A stretch of 64,000 nt of DNA, taken from a virus. Taxonomy: Duplodnaviria; Caudoviricetes. Numbering within the stretch: the first letter of the stretch is position 1; every line of letters begins with the position of its first letter. The notes below the pieces were generated by a model. That model was given only the letters and a program-made list of their open reading frames with translations. It did no database searches and had not been told where the DNA came from. Of this stretch, positions 58,047 through 64,000 are shown piece after piece. The stretch is taken from positions 1-64,000 of IMG/VR virus record IMGVR_UViG_3300028888_000007, one strand, 5' to 3'. A program made the translations under genes and the position numbers.

Positions 58047-59382
58047 AACTTATTTCGGCTTTCAAAGCCAATTAAAATCAAAGGAATTAACTGAGGCTAT
58101 AGCTTTACAGCATGGCCCAGGTCCTTTATTTGGCTATGCTGGGTTCTCACTATCTGGGCCTACTTTAACTTTAACACCATTACCAGATATTGGTGATCAG
58201 GAGTTAAAAGATTTCAGAGATCATTTTAATAAACTGGTGAACAGTAGGATGGCCTCTAGAAGAGTTATGGTACAGGCTTTCGATGGAGATACTGGTAACT
58301 TTGGTATTATAACTAAGGATGGTTACATCGAAGTAGATAATGCTAATCAGATAAACATTACTTTATCTAATACGCAAAGTATTTACTCTGAGATCATAGT
58401 TATAGCCAGACATAATTATTCAGAGGATGTAAATATCGAAATGCCAGTAATTTATGAAGCCTATTGGAATCAGTCAAATGTTTCCTTCTTTAGGCTTTAT
58501 AAAAAGGCCATTGATTTCAATTACCCTACTCCCATTAATCAGCGTAAGATAGAGGGGTTAGACATTAACCAGGGTCCTCAGGATGATTCACAGCTTTCTT
58601 ATAATTACCTATCTAGTACAGCTTTAGCTGCAACTGGTATAGATCTTAATAACTTAGCTGATTGTACTCTAGTAGGCATTTATGGTACAGGTAATGATGC
58701 TATGTCTGAGACTGGAGCTCTACAGAAGTTTATTATCTTACCTTATGATAGTAAGTTCCCGATGGAATTAACCTACTCTTGGCCAGATGTTAACTTCAAT
58801 AAAGATCTTCTTAGATACTTGTATAAGGTATTCGATGGAATGGGAAGCATGACATTTGTTCAATACCTTAAGAAGATTCTTAGTGAATCAAATGAGGAAA
58901 AGGAGATTGTACCAGTAGCTGTTCCAGTAGGAACTATCGTAATGTGGTATGGTTCTACTTCTACTATCCCTTATGGTTGGGAAATATGCGATGGTACTGC
59001 TTCAGTACATAATCAAGGTATAATGAAGCCTAATCTTATGGGTAGGTTCCCTGTAGGTTTAAGTACTGCTGATTCAGATTATAATAAGCCTGGAACTGTT
59101 GGTGGTAATAATACGGTAACTCTTGAGATTAACAACATACCTAAACACAATCACGTTTATACTGCCGATGATAATAGTCAAGGTAAGTTTGCAAGTGTTG
59201 AAACCGATTTCCCACGAGCTTATACTTCAGAAACCAATGAAGTAGTAACTGGTACTGCTGGTAGCTCAGGTAATCAGGGTGTTGCTAAGGCTTATCTTAC
59301 TTCTAATGTTGGTGGTAATAAGCCTATAGATAATCGACCTGCTTATACGGTGGTTACCTTTATTATTAAGACGTTAGAATAA
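58036..59382 (+). CDS. Tail fibre/baseplate protein with collar domain
   Basis: PVGTIVMWYG...GWEICDG...PNLMGRFPVG...RPAY. Confidence 0.8.
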   Translation: MATKTYFGFQSQLKSKELTEAIALQHGPGPLFGYAGFSLSGPTLTLTPLPDIGDQELKDFRDHFNKLVNSRMASRRVMVQAFDGDTGNFGIITKDGYIEVDNANQINITLSNTQSIYSEIIVIARHNYSEDVNIEMPVIYEAYWNQSNVSFFRLYKKAIDFNYPTPINQRKIEGLDINQGPQDDSQLSYNYLSSTALAATGIDLNNLADCTLVGIYGTGNDAMSETGALQKFIILPYDSKFPMELTYSWPDVNFNKDLLRYLYKVFDGMGSMTFVQYLKKILSESNEEKEIVPVAVPVGTIVMWYGSTSTIPYGWEICDGTASVHNQGIMKPNLMGRFPVGLSTADSDYNKPGTVGGNNTVTLEINNIPKHNHVYTADDNSQGKFASVETDFPRAYTSETNEVVTGTAGSSGNQGVAKAYLTSNVGGNKPIDNRPAYTVVTFIIKTLE

Positions 59383-59420
59383 CCTTCCTTGTTTTCCATA
59401 AATAATTTTAGGTTGTGACG

Positions 59421-59454
59421 GGGGCTCAGTTGTAATGACTGGGTCCCTTTATTT
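59421..59454. terminator. Terminator between convergent genes
   Basis: GGGGCTCAGT/ACTGGGTCCC stem plus T run. Confidence 0.65.
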
Positions 59455-60123
59455 GTGTGCTAATTCTTTTATAGCCCTACGTTCCCAATATTCTACATCA
59501 TGTCTCAAGTCTGATATGTATTGTATAGAAGTCTTAGTTTTTGGAAGGTCGAAGAATTCAGCAAGCATCGAGTTAGTTATACGTATTCTACCATTATCTG
59601 TTTTCTCTAATAAGAAAGCAGTAGGTGTCATTAGACATTCGAATATAAGTATGGCATCAGGAGAAAGGTGCTTGTTCATATAATTATATAAGGTCTTAAG
59701 AAGTTCTTCCTTATATGCTTCATCTTCATCAGTTGTTATATCTTCTTTATTGTTATCATATAACTCATCTAGTGAAGTTAAACTCTGAAAGTACTCAGCT
59801 CTTTCAGAATAAGCTTCCTGTAACAAATGATACTTATAAGTAGATAACCCTCTCAATATGTGGGCTTTTAAGAACTCAACATTTCCTTCGCTTTCTTCAT
59901 AGTATCTATTGAATAAAAATAACATCTTATCCCAGAAATAAGAGTTAATCACATCCCTCGATACGTTATATCTACGGCAATCAATTTGCTTAACCAAGTT
60001 TTTGATAACTGGTTTGCAAAGCTTGTATAGTTTGGTAAAGACCTTCTCATCATATTTTTCGAGAGGTTTGATCCTATGCAATTCTGGGCCAATCGTTTTG
60101 TCTAATCGATACTTCATATACAT
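59449..60123 (-). CDS. Sigma-factor-like protein
   Basis: Region 2-like helices plus C-terminal LSPDAILIF...LAEFF HTH; own sigma-A promoter. Confidence 0.55.
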   Translation of the reverse strand: MYMKYRLDKTIGPELHRIKPLEKYDEKVFTKLYKLCKPVIKNLVKQIDCRRYNVSRDVINSYFWDKMLFLFNRYYEESEGNVEFLKAHILRGLSTYKYHLLQEAYSERAEYFQSLTSLDELYDNNKEDITTDEDEAYKEELLKTLYNYMNKHLSPDAILIFECLMTPTAFLLEKTDNGRIRITNSMLAEFFDLPKTKTSIQYISDLRHDVEYWERRAIKELAHK

Positions 60124-60143
60124 ATTATTTTAAATTATCAATG

Positions 60144-60175
60144 CAAAATTACATATTATTTTTTATATATGCAAA
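60144..60175 (-). promoter_or_regulatory. Bacteroidota sigma-A-type promoter
   Basis: Minus strand TTTG-N20-TAATTTTG. Confidence 0.85.
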
Positions 60176-60300
60176 TTTTTTAATACTATTCTGAGGATAG
60201 TTACTATGTTAGATAGTGGTTGGTATGTAGTTGGTATACTTGGTTTATCTGTGGTAATAACTAGAAGTTTTAGTACTATCTAGTATAAACCATTTTAATT

Positions 60301-60942
60301 ATGAGACAAAAGAGAATTTATAAACGGTTAAAGTTAGATGATAATATTAAAGGTTACACTGGTTACCATGTAACCAGAGAAGGTGTTGTATACAGTAGGT
60401 GGAAGTTAAATGGTATAAAAGGTTATTGTTTAACTAAAAACTTATGGTACATAAAACCTACTCAATTATTAAATCCAAGAGGTAAGAAAGGTTATATTAA
60501 TAGGTTAGGAGAAGATATTAGAAGACCAAGAGTATATTTAAGGTCAGATAATGGTAAAAGTAAATTTTTAGGTATACATAGGTTAGTAGCTGAAGCTTAT
60601 ATACCTAATCCACATAATTTACCTTGTGTATGTCATAAAGATAATAATACTCAAAATAATGTGGTTGATAATCTTTATTGGGGTACTTATAAAGACAATA
60701 TGTTTCAAACATTAAGTGATGGCAGGTTTGTTAAACACTCAAATAAGGTTGGAGATTATAACTTACTAACAATACGTCAAATTGCTAGGGTGGTGAAATT
60801 AAGAATTAAAGGTTATCCTAAAATTAAGCTTGCTATAAAGTTTAATACTACAGTACAGAGAATAACTAGGTTGTTAAATTCAGAACGGTCTTATCAGTTA
60901 TATACGGATATCTATATTAATAAAATTCATAAGGAAGTTTAA
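60301..60942 (+). CDS. Free-standing NUMOD4/HNH homing endonuclease
   Basis: IHRLVAEAYIPNP...CHKDNNTQNNVVDNLYW. Confidence 0.9.
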   Translation: MRQKRIYKRLKLDDNIKGYTGYHVTREGVVYSRWKLNGIKGYCLTKNLWYIKPTQLLNPRGKKGYINRLGEDIRRPRVYLRSDNGKSKFLGIHRLVAEAYIPNPHNLPCVCHKDNNTQNNVVDNLYWGTYKDNMFQTLSDGRFVKHSNKVGDYNLLTIRQIARVVKLRIKGYPKIKLAIKFNTTVQRITRLLNSERSYQLYTDIYINKIHKEV

Positions 60943-60945
60943 ATA

Positions 60946-62361
60946 ATGAAACAGAAAGTACAATTTTCCTTTTCTTGCGATTTCCAAGCTGAGGTATTAA
61001 AATATCTCGTAAGAGATCCAGAAGGTGGGCTTGCTTTAAAAAGGCTAAAGCCTAATTATTTTGTGTTGATAGAACATTCTATAATTGCCGAGGGCATCTT
61101 TAGTTATTACAAAAAGAAAAAAAGAATCCCGTCAGAGAATATTCTTAAACAAGTTATTAAAGAATTGCTAGAGAGTAAAGATTATGCTGACCTCGTAACT
61201 ACAGAAGATATCCCAGGAATTAATAAAGTGGTGAAGGCTTTATATAATGAGCCCTTAAAAGATTCAGATTATATACAGGAAAAGATATATCAGTTCTCTA
61301 CTTGGGTAGAGATGAAGAACTTAAATGATTCTTTTGATTTAGATAACTTTGAACAGTATGAAACTTATAGTAAGAAGATAGATAAGATCTTACAACATTC
61401 AAAGCCTAAGAAAGAAGATGAGCCTGATTATCTGATTAGGGATGTAGTAGAAAGACAGTTTAAACGTCAGTCTGATCCAGATGTAGTTCCTACTCCTTCA
61501 AGGCAAATTAATGAGTTAACTAATGCTGGTGGATTTGCAAGAGGTTCAGTAGCAGTATTACTTGATAAACCTAAAGCAAGAAAGACGTTCTTCTTGGTTA
61601 ATCTGGCAATAGGTTATCTTAAGATGCGTAAGACTGTTTTATACATAGATACTGAAAATGGTCAGTCTCAAATTATGGATAGGTTTATTCAGTCATCTCT
61701 TAATAAAACCAAGAAGGAAATATACTCTGGTGAGTATGATAAGCTTGAACAAAAACATATTAGGAAGTTGGCAAGGTTTGGTGTTGAGCTTATAGTTGAA
61801 AGAGTCCCTGCAATGGTTACAGATTGTAATTATATAAGGGATAGAATCCTTAAACTTAAATCTCAGGGTATAAATGTTAAGGTAGTTATGATTGACTATC
61901 TAGCCAAGATGGCAAGTATAGCTGGAGATAAGGATGACTTCGAAAGAATAGGTAATGCTTTTATTGATGCTCAGAACCTTGCGGAGGATATGGATCTTGA
62001 TTGTATATGGACGGCTAATCATGTTACTCGTAATGCTTATAAGCATCGTAAGACAAGGTATGAGGAAAATGATATTGCTAAATGCGTAGACATTGTACGT
62101 AACTCGGTAGCAATATTTGGTCTTAACTGTACAGAACAAGAAGAGAAAGATGGAATCCAACGCCTTGAATTAGTAGTAATGAGAGATGGTAAACCTAACG
62201 GGCGAGCATTATATAAAGTAGATATAGAAAGGCAGAGGGCAGTAGAATTTACCAAAGAGCAAAGGAAAAGATACGATGAGCTATATTCAGAAACTATAGA
62301 TAACGAAATAAAGAAGCAAGCTGCCGAAACTAATAAAGAACAAAATCATGGAGATATATAA
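60946..62361 (+). CDS. DnaB-like replicative helicase
   Basis: VLYIDTEN, VMIDYL, WTANH, RDG motifs; atypical Walker A. Confidence 0.85.
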   Translation: MKQKVQFSFSCDFQAEVLKYLVRDPEGGLALKRLKPNYFVLIEHSIIAEGIFSYYKKKKRIPSENILKQVIKELLESKDYADLVTTEDIPGINKVVKALYNEPLKDSDYIQEKIYQFSTWVEMKNLNDSFDLDNFEQYETYSKKIDKILQHSKPKKEDEPDYLIRDVVERQFKRQSDPDVVPTPSRQINELTNAGGFARGSVAVLLDKPKARKTFFLVNLAIGYLKMRKTVLYIDTENGQSQIMDRFIQSSLNKTKKEIYSGEYDKLEQKHIRKLARFGVELIVERVPAMVTDCNYIRDRILKLKSQGINVKVVMIDYLAKMASIAGDKDDFERIGNAFIDAQNLAEDMDLDCIWTANHVTRNAYKHRKTRYEENDIAKCVDIVRNSVAIFGLNCTEQEEKDGIQRLELVVMRDGKPNGRALYKVDIERQRAVEFTKEQRKRYDELYSETIDNEIKKQAAETNKEQNHGDI

Positions 62362-62364
62362 AAT

Positions 62365-62718
62365 ATGAAATACTCGGAACTAAAGCCAGGAGATAAAGTA
62401 ATCCTACATACTTCTGATACAAGGTATGAAGATGAAATTAAATTTGTAAAAAGCGTAGGTCCTAAATGGATTAAGCTTGAAGATTTTTATAGGAGTGTAA
62501 AATTCTCTGTACTAGACGGCAGAGCTAATGATGCTTTACCTGGATATGAGATACTTATACCACAGTCTTCAGAAGAACAGGCTTGGGAAAAAACTTACGC
62601 TTATTTAATAGGGGAAGTAGTCCCAAGATATTTAAAAACATTATCATTAACTAAACTTAAACATTTACAAAAGAGATGGACAAACAAGGTTTTAGACGCA
62701 TCTGGGAAGATTTCATAG
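62365..62718 (+). CDS. Hypothetical protein
   Basis: ORF track. Confidence 0.7.
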   Translation: MKYSELKPGDKVILHTSDTRYEDEIKFVKSVGPKWIKLEDFYRSVKFSVLDGRANDALPGYEILIPQSSEEQAWEKTYAYLIGEVVPRYLKTLSLTKLKHLQKRWTNKVLDASGKIS

Positions 62719-62780
62719 TACCGTTTGCAGTATTAGGTGTAATTACTTTATGTATCATTTGGTTAATAAACCATGGCTAA
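62676..62780 (+). CDS. Small membrane peptide (34 aa)
   Basis: MDKQGFRRIWEDFIVPFAVLGVITLCIIWLINHG; overlaps both neighbours. Confidence 0.35.
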   Translation: MDKQGFRRIWEDFIVPFAVLGVITLCIIWLINHG

Positions 62781-63726
62781 GGTAACTCAACAGTTTAAAA
62801 CACAGCTTTACAATTATTTTGTAAAGAGACTCGAGGCCTACGAATATAGGAATGGTTGGCTCCGAGTTCCTGTGTGTCCATATTGTGGTAGGGAACAGAA
62901 AATGGGTGTTAACCTTACAACTTACCGAACTAATTGCTTTAGGTGTGGAGAACATCCATCTCCTGCTCAAATGATAATGGATATAGAAGATTTAGATACT
63001 TATACAGAACTTCTAACATTTTTAAAACATGGAGACTTTACAGAACTTGAATTCAGAGAAGAAAAGGTTGAATTACCTGAGGCCAAGCCAGTATATTTAC
63101 CTGAATCATTTAAACTCATTAACCAAGGAGAAAGTCATATTGCTAAAATCACGAGGAACTACCTCAAACACCGTGGATTCAATATTGATGGATTATCCAA
63201 GCAGGGTATCGGATATTGCACGAAAGGTGATTACTTTGGGTACGTTATACTCCCCTTCTATTCCAATGGAAAGCTTACTTACTTCAATGCTAGACTTGTC
63301 ATTGGCAACGGGCCTAGATACAACAACCCTCCTAAATCAGTTACTGGGTTGGGAAAAGAATTTCTCATATTTAACGAAGATGCACTTGGATTATATAACC
63401 AGGTATACATCTGCGAAGGAGTCTTCAATGCTCTTACAATGGGCGAAAGAGCGATTGCAACAATGGGAAAGGCAGTTAGTTCATACCAAATCAATAAACT
63501 TATCAAGTCACCAGTTAAACGATTCATTCTTTTATTGGACCCTGATGCAAAGAAGCAGGCCATCAGCCTTGCTCTTAAACTCGTTAACTTTAAATCAATT
63601 AAAGTTGTATATTTACCAGAAGGAAAAGATGCAAATGACCTTGGGAAGAAAGAAGTAATGAAACTTGTATGGAGGACTAGATACCAAAACTATCAAGATT
63701 TAATCAAACTTAAAAATGAATTATGA
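62773..63726 (+). CDS. DNA primase (Zn finger plus TOPRIM)
   Basis: CPYC...CFRC, ICEG, LLDPDA. Confidence 0.9.
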   Translation: MAKVTQQFKTQLYNYFVKRLEAYEYRNGWLRVPVCPYCGREQKMGVNLTTYRTNCFRCGEHPSPAQMIMDIEDLDTYTELLTFLKHGDFTELEFREEKVELPEAKPVYLPESFKLINQGESHIAKITRNYLKHRGFNIDGLSKQGIGYCTKGDYFGYVILPFYSNGKLTYFNARLVIGNGPRYNNPPKSVTGLGKEFLIFNEDALGLYNQVYICEGVFNALTMGERAIATMGKAVSSYQINKLIKSPVKRFILLLDPDAKKQAISLALKLVNFKSIKVVYLPEGKDANDLGKKEVMKLVWRTRYQNYQDLIKLKNEL

Positions 63727-63890
63727 TGGTACTTATTTATGAATTGATAGCCTATTTAATAGGTTTAGTTATAGCTGAAAAGTTATATAGGTATGGAGGA
63801 TATAACCGTGATCATGATGTAGTATGGTGGTCCTGGATAGGTGTATTTGTAATATTATTATCATTAAATGGTGGAAAATGGAGACATTAA
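63723..63890 (+). CDS. Small membrane protein (55 aa)
   Basis: ATGA overlap with the primase stop; two hydrophobic segments. Confidence 0.5.
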   Translation: MMVLIYELIAYLIGLVIAEKLYRYGGYNRDHDVVWWSWIGVFVILLSLNGGKWRH

Positions 63891-63906
63891 ACGGTGGAAG
63901 ATAGAA

Positions 63907-64000
63907 ATGAGAGAACCCAGTATTCACATTACTAAATCCAATTTCATAGATATATGCCATGAATTGGAAATTTGTGTTCCTTTTGACCAATTCTTTCAAT
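63907..64000 (+). CDS. 5' part of a CDS truncated by the window end
   Basis: MREPSIHITKSNFIDICHEL... open to the end. Confidence 0.5.
   Translation, partial: MREPSIHITKSNFIDICHELEICVPFDQFFQ

Noticed and set aside
23809-63563. Many antisense or alternate-frame ORFs in the track (e.g. 23809, 26971, 27574, 34366, 36808, 42644, 46739, 63029)
   Set aside because: They overlap well-supported genes almost completely, lack motifs and reflect codon bias of the real strand
1-64000. Alternative genetic code, tRNA genes, reverse transcriptase/DGR, group I or II introns
   Set aside because: Long genes are intact in the standard code with all three stops used; no cloverleaf/TTCGA-arm pattern, RT motif, VR/TR pair or interrupted conserved gene was found by eye; tRNAscan and Infernal would be needed to exclude them fully

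Overview
A 64 kb segment of a large contractile-tailed (myovirus-like) dsDNA phage in the standard genetic code. The host is inferred to be Bacteroidota from eleven TTTG-N20-TAnnTTTG-type sigma-A promoters and A-rich translation starts. Layout: 1-8.4 kb has Lys-rich or charge-segregated proteins, thyX and hypotheticals. 8.5-17.2 kb is a promoter-dense, G-poor early region of small, often acidic proteins separated by repeated hairpins. 17.2-19.3 kb is an AT-rich island with repeated palindromes, flanked by repeat-rich non-coding DNA. 19.5-23.6 kb has small minus-strand genes, a GH73 endolysin and a C5 methyltransferase. 23.6-59.4 kb is morphogenesis (TerL, portal, protease/scaffold, capsid, sheath, tube, chaperone with -1 frameshift, tape measure, baseplate, holin, fibre), interrupted by an SGNH-tipped protein, a tyrosine recombinase and an uncharacterised six-gene cluster. 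59.4-64 kb has a sigma-like factor, HNH endonuclease, DnaB-like helicase and primase. The most unusual signals are non-coding: a covarying 7-bp-stem/CTAACCA-loop hairpin between early genes, a co-oriented GTAATAT-N4-AGC motif, a GGTGCAAATTTGCACC palindrome family with a boxA-like site, and dense GGCC clusters. All functional calls come from motif reading by eye; no database searches were run.
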